64,000 bases of DNA from Candidatus Melainabacteria bacterium RIFCSPLOWO2_02_FULL_35_15 (GTDB lineage: Bacteria > Cyanobacteriota > Vampirovibrionia > 2-02-FULL-35-15), in NCBI GenBank assembly GCA_001784585.1, contig MFRN01000043.1, forward strand, positions 80,966 to 144,965. Reading direction: 5' to 3'. A model generated the notes under the pieces. That model was given only the letters and a program-made list of their open reading frames with translations. It was not told the DNA's origin and searched no databases. The stretch's first letter is position 1. The number at the start of each line of letters is the position of its first letter. The position numbers and the translations under genes were made by a program. Below are positions 19,334 through 30,098 of this stretch, in pieces.

Positions 19334-21385
19334 TTGCAAAAGAATAGATGTGTTTATAAAGCATGCTCCAGGCATATTAGCTTGCTGTTTTCTTTTTTGG
19401 TTTTATTTAATTTTATTCTTCCTGCTTCTGCACAATCCGGGTTTTCAAACATAGGTTCGTTTTTTAATAAAAACAAGCATCAGCAAAACCAGGAAAGCAA
19501 TTTTGATAATGCACTTACTATAAAAGAAATACTAATTGAGGGTAATAGATTAATCTCTGAAGAGAGTATTTTGGATGTAATTAATTCTAAAGTTGGTATT
19601 AAATTTGATAAGGATAATGTTCTGAAAGATCTTGAAGCAATTGACAAACTTGGATATTTTGTTCATGACAGTATTCAAGCTAATCCAGAACAGACTGAAG
19701 AAGGTATTTTGCTTAAGATAAGAATTGAGGAAAATAATCCAATTTCAAGTGTGCAGATTATAGGAAACAGCTTAGTAAGCACTGACGAGCTTTTGTTAAT
19801 ATCTCAGGATTTGGTCGGAAAACCTGAAAGCCTTATAAAAATTTCAGAAGTTTTAGATCGGATAGAAAAAAAATATCAAGAAAGAGGTTTTATTCTTGCC
19901 AGGGTAACTGATATAGGACTGGATCCTGACGGAACCCTGACCATTAAGCTGAATGAAGGAGTCATAGACAAAGTAGTAATTAAAGGAAATACAAAGACAA
20001 AAGAAAAGTATATAAAAAGATTTTTGCCAGATCTGCTTCCAAATGAACCTTATAATGAAATTTTACTTGTTCAGGATTTTAGAGCTCTTCAGGGAACCGG
20101 ACTCTTTGAAGATATTAAACGAAATTTAACTCCTTCAAAAGAAAATCCGGATAAGTATGACCTGAATATTGAGCTTGAAGAAAAAAGAAGCAGCTCATTT
20201 GGATTTGGAGGGGGGGTAAACACATTAAACGGGGTCTTTGCAAATCTTGGATACAGCAACAGTAATCTTTTCGGAGAAGGTAAACAGGCATCTTTTAATA
20301 CACAGTTTGGAACAGGAATTTTAGCTAACACTTTTGTAGATCAAAGATTTTTGGCTGATCGTAAAACTATTCAAGTAGAAGCAAAATACTCAGATCCAAA
20401 TTTTTTAAATACAAAAAATTCAGTAACACTTTTTACACATGGTTATACATTTAATAGTTATCTGGTAGATTTGGCTCAGGAAAAAAATATTGGATTAGGT
20501 GCATCCATTACAAGGCCGCTTGGAATGAATTTGTTTGGTGGGCTGGATTTGAGTGGTGAAGCAGTTCAGATAAAAGAGTTTGGTTCTAGTGCTACAGACT
20601 TTTTAACAGAACAGCTGGTTAATATTGGTGGTGGAAAGTTTATTAATGATTTTACTGAAAAGGGCGTATTTAAACCCGGGCAAACTTTTAGTGAGCATGA
20701 AGATGCCATTAAAAAAGCAGCAGCAGCAGATACAGCTAAATTAATCAGAGAAGAACAGCTAAAAGGCGGAAAATATTTAAACTTTAATCCATCACTTGCA
20801 TTTGATACACGCGATAATCCTCTAAATCCAAGAAATGGCTGGAATAATAAGGTAAATATTGGACAGGGAATAGGAATCGGAAATGATAGCTTTACTAAGC
20901 TTGGAATTGATTTAAGAAGATATATACCAATTGGCCAAAAAACTACACTTGCATTTAATTTACAGGGTGCTTCAAAATTAATAGGAGACCTGCCCATGTA
21001 CAATCAGTTTAAAGCAGGTGGTTATTATGGTGTAAGAGGTTACAGGCCTTTTTCTGATTTAGGAATAGGTTCAAGAAGTTTACTGGCATCTCTTGAAGTC
21101 AGAACACCACTGTTAGATACAATACCAGGGATTCAAAAAACACCTCTTGGAAAAGATTTAAGATTAGTATTTTTTGGTGACTTTGGCTACGTCGGTGGTA
21201 ACAATAAAATCAACCGCTTATTTAACAGACTTGATACAGCAGCTTCAGCAGGTATTGGAATCAGAGCAAACATACCTATGTTAGGTGCCATTAGAATTGA
21301 TTATGGTATACCATTCATTAAGTCCTTATGGAATAATAAAAACATCTTAGGCAGATTTAATTTTGGGTTTAGTGACAGATTTTAA
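19334..21385 (+). CDS. bamA: Omp85/BamA family outer membrane assembly factor
   Basis: Signal peptide, POTRA repeats (IEGN, IIGN, IKGN), DTRDNP..P..G, VRGY loop, terminal Phe; start codon uncertain. Confidence 0.9.
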   Translation: MQKNRCVYKACSRHISLLFSFLVLFNFILPASAQSGFSNIGSFFNKNKHQQNQESNFDNALTIKEILIEGNRLISEESILDVINSKVGIKFDKDNVLKDLEAIDKLGYFVHDSIQANPEQTEEGILLKIRIEENNPISSVQIIGNSLVSTDELLLISQDLVGKPESLIKISEVLDRIEKKYQERGFILARVTDIGLDPDGTLTIKLNEGVIDKVVIKGNTKTKEKYIKRFLPDLLPNEPYNEILLVQDFRALQGTGLFEDIKRNLTPSKENPDKYDLNIELEEKRSSSFGFGGGVNTLNGVFANLGYSNSNLFGEGKQASFNTQFGTGILANTFVDQRFLADRKTIQVEAKYSDPNFLNTKNSVTLFTHGYTFNSYLVDLAQEKNIGLGASITRPLGMNLFGGLDLSGEAVQIKEFGSSATDFLTEQLVNIGGGKFINDFTEKGVFKPGQTFSEHEDAIKKAAAADTAKLIREEQLKGGKYLNFNPSLAFDTRDNPLNPRNGWNNKVNIGQGIGIGNDSFTKLGIDLRRYIPIGQKTTLAFNLQGASKLIGDLPMYNQFKAGGYYGVRGYRPFSDLGIGSRSLLASLEVRTPLLDTIPGIQKTPLGKDLRLVFFGDFGYVGGNNKINRLFNRLDTAASAGIGIRANIPMLGAIRIDYGIPFIKSLWNNKNILGRFNFGFSDRF

Positions 21386-21434
21386 TAATTTTAGGTTAAT
21401 ATTAATAAGGAAATCTTAAGAGGAGATATTAAAA

Positions 21435-21950
21435 ATGTATAGAATTTTACTTTTAGTTCTTGTGTTAGGTATTAGTTTTTGGCCTGTCAGTTCTTATGCT
21501 GAAGGAAGCTCAAAAATTGGTGTTGTAGACGGAGAAAAGCTTTTTGATGAATATCCAAATGCTCAGGAAGCGACTAAAAAAATTGCAGATGCTCAGGATG
21601 AGCTAAAAGAAGCTATTTCTGAGTCAGAAAGAATTTATACTGAATTTGAAAAACAAAAAAAATCAGAAGCTGAAAAATTAACCAAACAAAAAGAACTTCA
21701 GGCAAAAATTGATACAAAAGCAAAAGATACAAAAAAAATGATTGAGAGTCTGTCCGGTAAGATCGAACAGGATATTTTACAGTCTATAAAAACTGTAGCC
21801 GGTGAAAAGGGACTTGATGTAGTCTTTGATAAGAGAGCAGTATTGCATGGCGGTACAGATGTCACACAGCCGGTTTTGGAAGTTTTAAAGAAAAAGGTTC
21901 CAATTGCCAATCAGCCTGAAAATAAAAAAGACACTAAAGGTACAAATTAA
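21435..21950 (+). CDS. skp: OmpH/Skp family chaperone
   Basis: Signal peptide, KIGVVD, coiled coil, GLDVVFDK..V.HGG.DVT; follows bamA. Confidence 0.85.
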   Translation: MYRILLLVLVLGISFWPVSSYAEGSSKIGVVDGEKLFDEYPNAQEATKKIADAQDELKEAISESERIYTEFEKQKKSEAEKLTKQKELQAKIDTKAKDTKKMIESLSGKIEQDILQSIKTVAGEKGLDVVFDKRAVLHGGTDVTQPVLEVLKKKVPIANQPENKKDTKGTN

Positions 21951-21953
21951 AAA

Positions 21954-23033
21954 ATGCCCCGGGTCCTGACAAAGAAATTAAGTGAAATTGCAAAAACGAT
22001 TGACGGTGAAGTTAGTAATCCGGTTCATTTAGATCTTCAAATTACAAATCTGGCTGTATCTCCTGAACATTCCACCCAAAACGATCTTGCCCTTGTTTTT
22101 GATCAAAAATATATTAAAAATATTACAGGCATAAAAGCAAAAGCAATTGTGCTGCCTGATTCAGTTAAGAGCCAAATCCCGTCTTTGGATGTTCCCATTA
22201 TATGGGTTAAAAGACCAAGAATTGTTTTAAAAAAACTTTTAGATATTTTTAATACTAAAAAGTTTAAAGAGGAGATTCATCCGGCTGCTGTTATTGATCC
22301 ATCCAGCAAGATTGATAAAACGTGTGTAATCGGTGCAAATGTTTTTATCGGTGCACATGTTTCTATCGGAAAAAATTGTTTAATATACCCAAATGTTACT
22401 ATTTTAGATAATTCGGAGATTGGAAATAATGTTACTCTTCATCCCGGATGTGTTATAGGTTCAGATGGATACAGTTATGTGACAGAAGAAGAAAGCAATT
22501 TAGAAAAAGCCAGGAAAGGAGATTTTAATTTTAAGACGGAAAGACAAATACAACACAAGATCCAATCAATTGGAAATGTAGTCATAGAAGATGATGTAGA
22601 AATCGGTGCAAACACTTGTATCGATCGCGGAACTATTGGTTCTACGGTTATCGGAGCTGGCACAAAGATAGATAATCTGGTTCAGATAGCACATAATTGT
22701 AAAATTGGAAAAGATTGTTTAATAGTAGGTCAGGCAGGTTTTGCAGGAAGTGTAAGTATAGGTGACAGAGTAGTAGCAGGTGGTCAGGCAGGTTTTGCAG
22801 ATAATATAAATATTGGCTCTGATGTGATTTTTCTGGCTAAAGCTGGTGTTCATGGTGAGATACCTTCAAATAGTGTTTATATGGGAATGCCTGCTGTACC
22901 TTATCAGGAATATTTTAAAAATGAAAAAGCAATGCGAAGACTTCCAAAGAAGCAGGAAAAATTAGAAGAACAGGTTAAACAATTAGAAATTAAAATCAAA
23001 GAACTGGAAGAAAGATTACGTATAGGGGTATGA
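21954..23033 (+). CDS. lpxD: UDP-3-O-acyl-glucosamine N-acyltransferase
   Basis: Hexapeptide repeats, [27 protein letters not shown]. Confidence 0.95.
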   Translation: MPRVLTKKLSEIAKTIDGEVSNPVHLDLQITNLAVSPEHSTQNDLALVFDQKYIKNITGIKAKAIVLPDSVKSQIPSLDVPIIWVKRPRIVLKKLLDIFNTKKFKEEIHPAAVIDPSSKIDKTCVIGANVFIGAHVSIGKNCLIYPNVTILDNSEIGNNVTLHPGCVIGSDGYSYVTEEESNLEKARKGDFNFKTERQIQHKIQSIGNVVIEDDVEIGANTCIDRGTIGSTVIGAGTKIDNLVQIAHNCKIGKDCLIVGQAGFAGSVSIGDRVVAGGQAGFADNINIGSDVIFLAKAGVHGEIPSNSVYMGMPAVPYQEYFKNEKAMRRLPKKQEKLEEQVKQLEIKIKELEERLRIGV

Positions 23034-24148
23034 AGATAGCTGTTGTTGTAGGTACCCGCCCTGAAGTTATTAAACTTGCTCCTGTATATCTTGAATTAAA
23101 AAAATCTAAAAAATTAAAACCAGTATTAATCAGCACTGGTCAACACAAAGAAATGGTAAATGAGATGTTTCAGTGGTTTGGTATTAAAGAAGATCACAAT
23201 TTAAAACTAATGCAAAAAAATCAATCTTTGCAATGCATTACTGCAAGAGTAATTGAAGCTACTTATAATTTATTTTCAAAAATTAAACCGGACTTAGTAA
23301 TGGTAGAAGGCGATACTGTATCAGTAATGGCAGCAGGCCTGGCTGCCTTTTATTTAAAGATTCCTTTAGCTCATGTAGAAGCAGGTTTAAGAACAAATAA
23401 TATTTATAATCCATTTCCTGAAGAAATGGCCAGGAGAATAGTCTCGCAGCTTACCAATATTCATTTTGCACCTACGAAGCAGGCTGTTATAAATTTGAGA
23501 AAAGAAAACATTAAAAAAAATGTTTATCTGGCAGGAAATACGGTGATTGATTCTTTGATGTATACGGTTAGGAAAATTAAAAATTCCGCAAAGACATTGC
23601 ATGCCACATCCCTGCGTCCTGATTTTAAAAAATATCGGATTATTCTGGTTACAATGCACCGCAGGGAAAATTTCGGAAAAGCCCATAAAAACATTGCAAA
23701 AACTTTAATTAAAATTTTAAATAAATTTCCGGATACTGCCATTCTTTTACCGCTTCATAAAAATCCAAAAGTCAGAGATGTAATAAGGCCTATTTTAAAA
23801 AATCATAAAAGAGTTTTTTTAACCGGGCCACTGGGTTATGTACCGTTTGTGTATGCTATGAAAAACAGCTATTTAATTTTGACTGATTCTGGTGGAGTAC
23901 AGGAAGAGGCTCCAAGTCTTGGAAAACCAGCTCTGGTGCTGCGTACCACTACTGAGCGTCCGGAGGGAATAAAAGCAGGTTCAGCAAAACTGGTAGGAAT
24001 AGATTCAAAAAAAATATTTAATGAAACTTCGAAACTTTTAACAGATAAAAAAGCCTACAATAAAATGTCAAAGATAAAAAATCCTTATGGGGACGGGAGA
24101 GCGAGTAAGAGAATTGTTAAAATATTAAGTAATTTATTTGTTTCTTAA
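23030..24148 (+). CDS. wecB: UDP-N-acetylglucosamine 2-epimerase (non-hydrolysing)
   Basis: [46 protein letters not shown]. Confidence 0.96.
   Translation: MKIAVVVGTRPEVIKLAPVYLELKKSKKLKPVLISTGQHKEMVNEMFQWFGIKEDHNLKLMQKNQSLQCITARVIEATYNLFSKIKPDLVMVEGDTVSVMAAGLAAFYLKIPLAHVEAGLRTNNIYNPFPEEMARRIVSQLTNIHFAPTKQAVINLRKENIKKNVYLAGNTVIDSLMYTVRKIKNSAKTLHATSLRPDFKKYRIILVTMHRRENFGKAHKNIAKTLIKILNKFPDTAILLPLHKNPKVRDVIRPILKNHKRVFLTGPLGYVPFVYAMKNSYLILTDSGGVQEEAPSLGKPALVLRTTTERPEGIKAGSAKLVGIDSKKIFNETSKLLTDKKAYNKMSKIKNPYGDGRASKRIVKILSNLFVS
23588..23615 (+). repeat. degenerate REP copy in frame inside wecB
   Basis: GCAAAGACATTGCATGCCACATCCCTGC, 21/28 to GTAGAGACGTTGCATGCAACGTCTCTAC; encodes AKTLHATSL. Confidence 0.7.
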
Positions 24149-25456
24149 CTTTTCATACTTTATCTGTCTCTTTAATTCTATTTCTACTTTTCTTTGAACT
24201 TCATTCAAAGCTTCCTCGGGTGTTTTATTTAGTCTCACAACAGACTCAAATGCTCTTTTTAATTCCCTTCTGTAAAACTCATAAAATGTAGCTTGAGGAA
24301 AAAATACAGCATCTTTTGATCTGGCAAGATCTATAAATGTCTTTATGTAAGGATGAGGGTGTTTTTTTATAAACTCATCTCTGTCTGAATAGACAAGAGG
24401 AGAAAATTTGTACTGTCCTATGCAGAGTTCTTCAATATTTTCCGGCTTCATAAGCCAGCTTATAAATTCAAATGCTTCTTTAGGATGTTTAGATCCCCTT
24501 GGAATTAGAATGCAGTCTTCATCTACGATAGTTATTAATCTTCCGTCTTTTCCTGGCATTGGAGCTACTCCATATTTTAGATGTGGAGCGAAACGAGGAA
24601 TAAAATTCCCTTCCCAAACACCGTTTATTTCCAGTGCAATTTTTTCTGTGTAAAAAGGGTTGTTTGGCCCCTGATAATTTCCAAACTCTTCCTGAAAAAT
24701 CTGAATATTTTTCCCGCCAAGTTTTTTTATAAAGCTTTGTGTCCACTTCCACGCTTCAATGTTTTTAGGATTATTTGCGGTAATGGCTTTCCCATCAGTT
24801 GCTCCCCATTTACCACCAAACAATACCCCGTAAAATCCAAATGCCCATGAAGGCCAGCTCGGCAAGAAACCTATTCGGATAATTTTTCCGTTTTTATCTT
24901 TTTTAGTTAATCTTTCTGAAAATATTTCTAATTCTTTAAGTGTTCTTGGCGGTATTTCTGGATTTAAACCAGATTCTTTAAACAAATTTTTATTCCAGTA
25001 AAGTGCCACAGCTGAAGGTGTAGTAGGCAGAGCCCATGTGTGTCCATAAAGGTTTAGCATCTTCCAATATACTGGTATAAAAAGATCTTTGCTAATCATG
25101 TTTTCTTTGCAGTAAGTATCCAGTGGAATTATTGCTCCACGCGATGCTAACTCTGGTACCCATGCTGCAATTGAACTTATGACATCGGGAGGTGTTCCGC
25201 CTATTATAGATAGCAAAGTTTTTTTTCTGGGCTCCGAAACAGTTAACATTTTTATTTTTATATCTGAATGTGTTTCGTTAAATTTATCTACAAGTTTTTC
25301 TATGGCCTTTCCTTCAAAGCCTGTCCAGTATTGCCAGTAAGTAATTTCTGTAATTTTTCCTCCGCCTGTAGGGGCAGGATAAATCCTGCCCTGCTTTTGG
25401 TTCACAATACAGCCTGTAATAATTAATGCTATTAGTAAAATCAGAAATTTCTTCAT
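24134..25456 (-). CDS. sugar ABC transporter substrate-binding lipoprotein
   Basis: Lipobox IITGC, ITYW, PPDV, WALP, LYWNKNLF..SGL, family-1 SBP pattern. Confidence 0.88.
   Translation of the reverse strand: MKKFLILLIALIITGCIVNQKQGRIYPAPTGGGKITEITYWQYWTGFEGKAIEKLVDKFNETHSDIKIKMLTVSEPRKKTLLSIIGGTPPDVISSIAAWVPELASRGAIIPLDTYCKENMISKDLFIPVYWKMLNLYGHTWALPTTPSAVALYWNKNLFKESGLNPEIPPRTLKELEIFSERLTKKDKNGKIIRIGFLPSWPSWAFGFYGVLFGGKWGATDGKAITANNPKNIEAWKWTQSFIKKLGGKNIQIFQEEFGNYQGPNNPFYTEKIALEINGVWEGNFIPRFAPHLKYGVAPMPGKDGRLITIVDEDCILIPRGSKHPKEAFEFISWLMKPENIEELCIGQYKFSPLVYSDRDEFIKKHPHPYIKTFIDLARSKDAVFFPQATFYEFYRRELKRAFESVVRLNKTPEEALNEVQRKVEIELKRQIKYEKLRNK
25368..25394 (+). repeat. GTAG-type REP hairpin inside the substrate-binding protein gene
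   Basis: GTAG-GGGCAGGAT-AA-ATCCTGCCC-TGC; encodes QGRIYPAPT on the minus strand. Confidence 0.7.
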
Positions 25457-25457
25457 T

Positions 25458-27041
25458 TTAAATATTAGTAAATGTATTTAATCTAAACTGCAGAGCTTCC
25501 AGAATATGTTCATCCCTAATGATATCTGAATTTCCTAAATCAGCAATTGTTCTTGCTACTTTTAAAACCCGATCAAAACTTCTGGCTGTTAGTGAAAAGG
25601 TTTTAATGGCTTCTCTGAGGATAAGTTCTCCGTTTTTGTCAGTCTTACAGAAATATTTTATTTCTTTTGAGGACAAGTGTGAATTTGATGGAATGTTTAA
25701 TTTCTTATATCTGTTTAACTGAATTTTTCTTACTTTTAAAACCCTTTCTTTAACACTTTCTGAATTTTCTGAGCTTTTAGTGCTCATTATTTCATTTTCA
25801 TTAAGACGTTTTACTTCTATTTGTAAATCTATTCTGTCTATTATGGGTCCTGAGATTTTGCCCTGATATTTTTTTATATTATTTAAATTACATTTGCATT
25901 TTTTAATATTATCTCCAAAATATCCGCATGGACACGGGTTACATGCAGCTATCAAAGTAAAATCACAGGGAAAAGTACAGCTTTTTCTGGAACGGGATAT
26001 TGTAACTTCTTTGGCTTCAATGGCTTGTCTTAAACTATCTAAAACCTGTTTTGGAAATTCCGTAAACTCATCCAAAAATAAAATTCCATTATGAGCCAGT
26101 GATATTTCTCCAGGCTGAGGAATTGATCCTCCTCCTATTAATCCTGCAGGGCTTATATTGTGATGCGGAGAGCGAAAAGGTCTCAGGGAAACTAAACTGT
26201 TTTCTTTATTTAATTTTCCTGCAGCAGAGTAAACTTGTGTGGTTTCAATTTTTTCTTCATAAGCCAGCGGTGGAAGTATTGTAGTAAGTCTCTGAGCCAG
26301 CATAGACTTCCCGCTGCCAGGCGGTCCGATCATTAGAACATGATGCTGTCCACCTGCAGAAATTTCCAAAGCTCTTTTAGCTAATGCCTGACCCTTTACA
26401 TCGCTAAAGTCAATGCTCAACTTGTTTATATTTTTTGTATCAGATAAAGTTGTATTTTTAAACGGGGAAATGTTTTTAAGATTATTTATTACATTTATAG
26501 CTTCTGCTAAATCAGATACAGGATAAATGTTAATCTCTTCTATTAATGATGCTTCAAGTGAATTATCTTTTGGAATAATTATGCCTTTTGCGCCTTTCTT
26601 TTTTGCAAGTATTACAAATGAAAGAACACCGTTTATTGGTCTGACCTTTCCGGAAAGTCCCAGTTCGCCAACCACATATAAACTTTCCAGATTTGTTTTA
26701 TTTATAACTTCAGGTTCATAACAGGTGAGTATTCCAATTGCAATTGGCAGATCATAAGTAGGCCCTGCTTTTTTTGTATCTGCAGGGGCAAGATTTACTA
26801 CAATTTTTTTACTTGGAAATTCCAACCCGCTTGATCTTATGGCAGATCTGACTCTTTCTCTTGATTCATTTATGGCTGTATCAGGAAGCCCTACTAAAAT
26901 AAAATTTGGCAGTCCACCTGCAATATCTGTTTCAATTTCTACAGCATATCCATTTACACCGATAAGTCCGCAAGAACTAATTTTTGCAAATGAGCTTTTT
27001 GTATCTGTTTCTATAATTTCAATTTCTTGCGTTGCAGTCAT
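25458..27041 (-). CDS. YifB/ComM family Mg-chelatase-like AAA+ ATPase
   Basis: VGLPD..ESRERV, NLAPAD, GPPGSGKS, RPFRSPHH, LAHNGILFLDE, NPCPCG. Confidence 0.95.
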   Translation of the reverse strand: MTATQEIEIIETDTKSSFAKISSCGLIGVNGYAVEIETDIAGGLPNFILVGLPDTAINESRERVRSAIRSSGLEFPSKKIVVNLAPADTKKAGPTYDLPIAIGILTCYEPEVINKTNLESLYVVGELGLSGKVRPINGVLSFVILAKKKGAKGIIIPKDNSLEASLIEEINIYPVSDLAEAINVINNLKNISPFKNTTLSDTKNINKLSIDFSDVKGQALAKRALEISAGGQHHVLMIGPPGSGKSMLAQRLTTILPPLAYEEKIETTQVYSAAGKLNKENSLVSLRPFRSPHHNISPAGLIGGGSIPQPGEISLAHNGILFLDEFTEFPKQVLDSLRQAIEAKEVTISRSRKSCTFPCDFTLIAACNPCPCGYFGDNIKKCKCNLNNIKKYQGKISGPIIDRIDLQIEVKRLNENEIMSTKSSENSESVKERVLKVRKIQLNRYKKLNIPSNSHLSSKEIKYFCKTDKNGELILREAIKTFSLTARSFDRVLKVARTIADLGNSDIIRDEHILEALQFRLNTFTNI

Positions 27042-27071
27042 TTAGATTATTTAATCATCAAGGTGATTAAA

Positions 27072-27171
27072 TTCATGTAACCTACGGTTACATGAAAAGA
27101 TTAAATTTTTCTCATATTCGTGAGATGTAACCTGGGGTTACATGTAGAGACTTACCTCGGCAAGTCTCTAC
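27072..27171. repeat. two ATGTAACC-N3-GGTTACAT palindromes plus a GTAG REP
   Basis: TTCATGTAACC-TAC-GGTTACATGAA (27072-27096), ATGTAACC-TGG-GGTTACAT (27125-27143), GTAGAGACTT-ACCTCGGC-AAGTCTCTAC (27144-27171). Confidence 0.8.
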
Positions 27172-28049
27172 AATTTAAACGCCCATGGCAAAAGCTCTTC
27201 GATAGTCGTTATGCCCATATTGTCAATAATAATTTTTGTTTTTGGATCACAATAATCCGATATTAACTGAAGTGCATCACCAGGTGGATATTTTACAAAT
27301 GGAAATGCAAATATAATAGCTTTAATCTTATTCTTTAAATTTTTTATCGAGCCGCTTGCCGTGTATGCTCCAAAGACAGCTTTTAACGGTTCTGCAGAGC
27401 ATCCAAATGAGCTGCTGTCTAAAGTACATGCTGAATATTTTTCATTTGTATTTTCTGTAAGCATTGCAATACCATATTTTTCTTTTGAATATGGTACATG
27501 AGCATGGTGAAGAGCAGCTCTGGCTAAATCCAAAGTATCCATTTCTTCTATGGTTAAAGTTTTCAGTTTATTTTGATCAAGCAATGGATGTGGTAACAAT
27601 TCTTTTGGTGTAAAAGTCCTTTCATGTCCGTCAAGTAAAATAATTCCCTTTGTATCTAGTTTTTGAGAAATAACTTCTCTGCATGCACCGCAGGGAGTCA
27701 AAAAATTAAGCTCTGCTTTATCTGTCTGTTTTTCAAGTGCTTTTGGAGCACTGATCGCAAGTGCAATAAATTTTTTATAGCCGGCTGAAATACCATTAAA
27801 GATTGCATTCCTTTCAGCACAGATACTTTGTGAAACAGTTGGTTCTACATTTGTACCTGAGAAAATTTTTGGTTTTTTGCTCTGGTCAATACCCACCACG
27901 ACAGCTCCTACAGGAAAATGGCTGTATGGAGACCACGAATTTGCTGATACCTCTTTTGCTAAGTATTTTAAGTTATCAAATGACAAATTTGAGCTATTTA
28001 ATATCTCTTCGATTTCTTTGTATGAATTTATAATTCCCTCTGGTGTCAT
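27168..28049 (-). CDS. cdd: cytidine deaminase with two tandem CDA domains
   Basis: SPYSHFPVGA, GTNVE, ICAER, PCGACRE; second domain VPYS...ELLPWAF without Zn ligands. Confidence 0.85.
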   Translation of the reverse strand: MTPEGIINSYKEIEEILNSSNLSFDNLKYLAKEVSANSWSPYSHFPVGAVVVGIDQSKKPKIFSGTNVEPTVSQSICAERNAIFNGISAGYKKFIALAISAPKALEKQTDKAELNFLTPCGACREVISQKLDTKGIILLDGHERTFTPKELLPHPLLDQNKLKTLTIEEMDTLDLARAALHHAHVPYSKEKYGIAMLTENTNEKYSACTLDSSSFGCSAEPLKAVFGAYTASGSIKNLKNKIKAIIFAFPFVKYPPGDALQLISDYCDPKTKIIIDNMGITTIEELLPWAFKL

Positions 28050-28108
28050 TATCTGTTAAAATCCTTTTGTTATAAGTTAACATAGAGAAGTAAAAAATAC
28101 AGATTCAA

Positions 28109-28672
28109 ATGATATCTTCTAATGATTTTAGAACAGGTCAAACAATTCTCTGGAATAACGGTATCTGGACAGTTATTGAATTCCTGCATGTAAAGCCTGG
28201 CAAAGGAGCTGCATTTGTCCGGGCCAAACTTAAAAATGTGGAAAAGGGTAATGTCATCGAAACTACTTTTAGAGGTGGTGAAAAGGTTCCGGTTGCAAAT
28301 GTAGAAAAGCGTGAAATGCAATATCTTTTTAAGACCGGCGATAGAATCACATTTATGGATAATCAGACCTATGAGCAGTTAGAAGTAGGAGAAAGTCAGA
28401 TTGGTGAACCGGTTAAATTTTTAAAAGAAGGCACAAATGTTATGGTCGTATTCTTTGATGAAAAGATTATAGGAATTGATCTTCCTGCACATGTTGAACT
28501 TAAAGTTGCAGAAACACCTCCCGGTGTTCGCGGTGATACTGCTGCAGGAAACAATAAACCTGCTACACTTGAAACAGGTGCTCAGGTTCAGGTACCGTTC
28601 TTTGTTAATATTGGCGATATTGTCAGAATCGATACCAGGACTAACCAATATATCGATCGGGTAAAGGCATGA
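28109..28672 (+). CDS. efp: elongation factor P
   Basis: HVKPGKGAAFVR, PGVRGDTA, KPATLETG. Confidence 0.98.
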   Translation: MISSNDFRTGQTILWNNGIWTVIEFLHVKPGKGAAFVRAKLKNVEKGNVIETTFRGGEKVPVANVEKREMQYLFKTGDRITFMDNQTYEQLEVGESQIGEPVKFLKEGTNVMVVFFDEKIIGIDLPAHVELKVAETPPGVRGDTAAGNNKPATLETGAQVQVPFFVNIGDIVRIDTRTNQYIDRVKA

Positions 28673-28675
28673 AAT

Positions 28676-28705
28676 GGAGGCAGCTTGTCTGGAGCGAAAT
28701 AAAAA
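28676..28705 (+). promoter_or_regulatory. degenerate hairpin B before accB
   Basis: GGAGG-CAG-CTTGT-CTG-GAGCGAAATAAAAA-ATG. Confidence 0.55.
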
Positions 28706-29146
28706 ATGAAATTGCCATGGGAAGAGATAGAAGAATTAACCAAATACCTTAGAGAAAAAGGTCTTAGTGAGATTACCATTGAAACAAAAGATGGAAAAAT
28801 TACCGTTAAAAAAGATGCACAGGGAGTAATAAAATCATCTGCCATATCTTCGCAGGAAAGTTCTCAGAAACATAACACTGCAGAACCAGAGACACAAAAA
28901 TCAAAATACTATGAGGTAACTTCTCCAATGGTTGGTACTTTTTATGTATCTTCAAGCCCCGGAGCAGAACCATTTGTAAAAACCGGATCAAAGATAAAAA
29001 CAGGAGATGTCTTGTGTATTATAGAAGCTATGAAAATAATGAATGAGCTGCCTGCTGAAGTAAGCGGTACAGTTAAGGAGATTCTTGTGAAAGACAACCA
29101 AACTGTTGAATATGGACAAGTATTAATGAGACTTGATACAAAATAA
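28706..29146 (+). CDS. accB: acetyl-CoA carboxylase biotin carboxyl carrier protein
   Basis: SPMVGTFY, IIEAMKIMNE, VEYGQ. Confidence 0.97.
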   Translation: MKLPWEEIEELTKYLREKGLSEITIETKDGKITVKKDAQGVIKSSAISSQESSQKHNTAEPETQKSKYYEVTSPMVGTFYVSSSPGAEPFVKTGSKIKTGDVLCIIEAMKIMNELPAEVSGTVKEILVKDNQTVEYGQVLMRLDTK

Positions 29147-29165
29147 CAATGGCAGATTCCAGGTT

Positions 29166-30098
29166 ATGAATAAAGTAATAAATCTTCTGATTGTTTTAAT
29201 GATTATTTTGAATAATTATTTTGTTGTTTATGCTAAAGAAGATAATTTAAATAAAAATAAACCAGGGCAAAAACAATTTAATAAGATTGAAAAAAAGAAA
29301 CCTGTTGTACCGGATATTTCGTTTGGAGCGGAAGATTCCAGGACACCAGAAGAGTTAGTGCAGGTATTTGTAAAAAATGATTTTGATGAAGAGATTAAAG
29401 TTAAACTGGACACAAACAGAGAATACCCGATTGGCCCGCATGAATCAATTACCCTTGGGCAAAGGAAACCAGGGAAATATACTTTAACTGTTTATAATAA
29501 AAAAGGTGAGTTTGTAGATAACTTAACCAGAAGTATTGATTACAAAAACAAGTTTGTTTTAAATAAAGATACTGTCTCTGATTCAGATAAAATCACAGGT
29601 CTAACAACAGGTCAAAAAGTAGCTATTACTGCCGGAGCACTAGGTGCTGCTGGTGTTGGCAGTTTGCTTATAAATAAAGCATTGCAGGAAAGCAGCCAGC
29701 CACAGCAGGAAGCAGTACAAGAACAAAATCAAATTCCAGCACCACTTCCCCAGTTACCGCCACCAGTACAACAGGCAATTATTCCTGAACAACAAATTAT
29801 TCAAAGTAATGCTTTTGCTGAAAATGGAATGTCAATCAAATTTTTAAATACAAAATATTCCCAACTTACAATTATAGTTGAAGGGATTGACGGTCAGCCA
29901 ATTGGAAATAACTGGGTTATTCCTCTTGCACCACCAGCTCAAAAACCACAACCACTTGTTCTTAGCGGTGAAAAAATTGCTATTAATCCTGAGCAAAAAA
30001 TAAAAGTTATTTTGCCAAATAATTTTGAACTACAGAGACTTGGATTTGAATTAGATGTTGATCCTATGGACAACAGTTATGTTTGGGTTTTGAAATAG
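29166..30098 (+). CDS. secreted or membrane hypothetical protein
   Basis: Signal peptide from ATG 29166, central GA-rich hydrophobic segment, Q/P-rich linker. Confidence 0.6.
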   Translation: MNKVINLLIVLMIILNNYFVVYAKEDNLNKNKPGQKQFNKIEKKKPVVPDISFGAEDSRTPEELVQVFVKNDFDEEIKVKLDTNREYPIGPHESITLGQRKPGKYTLTVYNKKGEFVDNLTRSIDYKNKFVLNKDTVSDSDKITGLTTGQKVAITAGALGAAGVGSLLINKALQESSQPQQEAVQEQNQIPAPLPQLPPPVQQAIIPEQQIIQSNAFAENGMSIKFLNTKYSQLTIIVEGIDGQPIGNNWVIPLAPPAQKPQPLVLSGEKIAINPEQKIKVILPNNFELQRLGFELDVDPMDNSYVWVLK

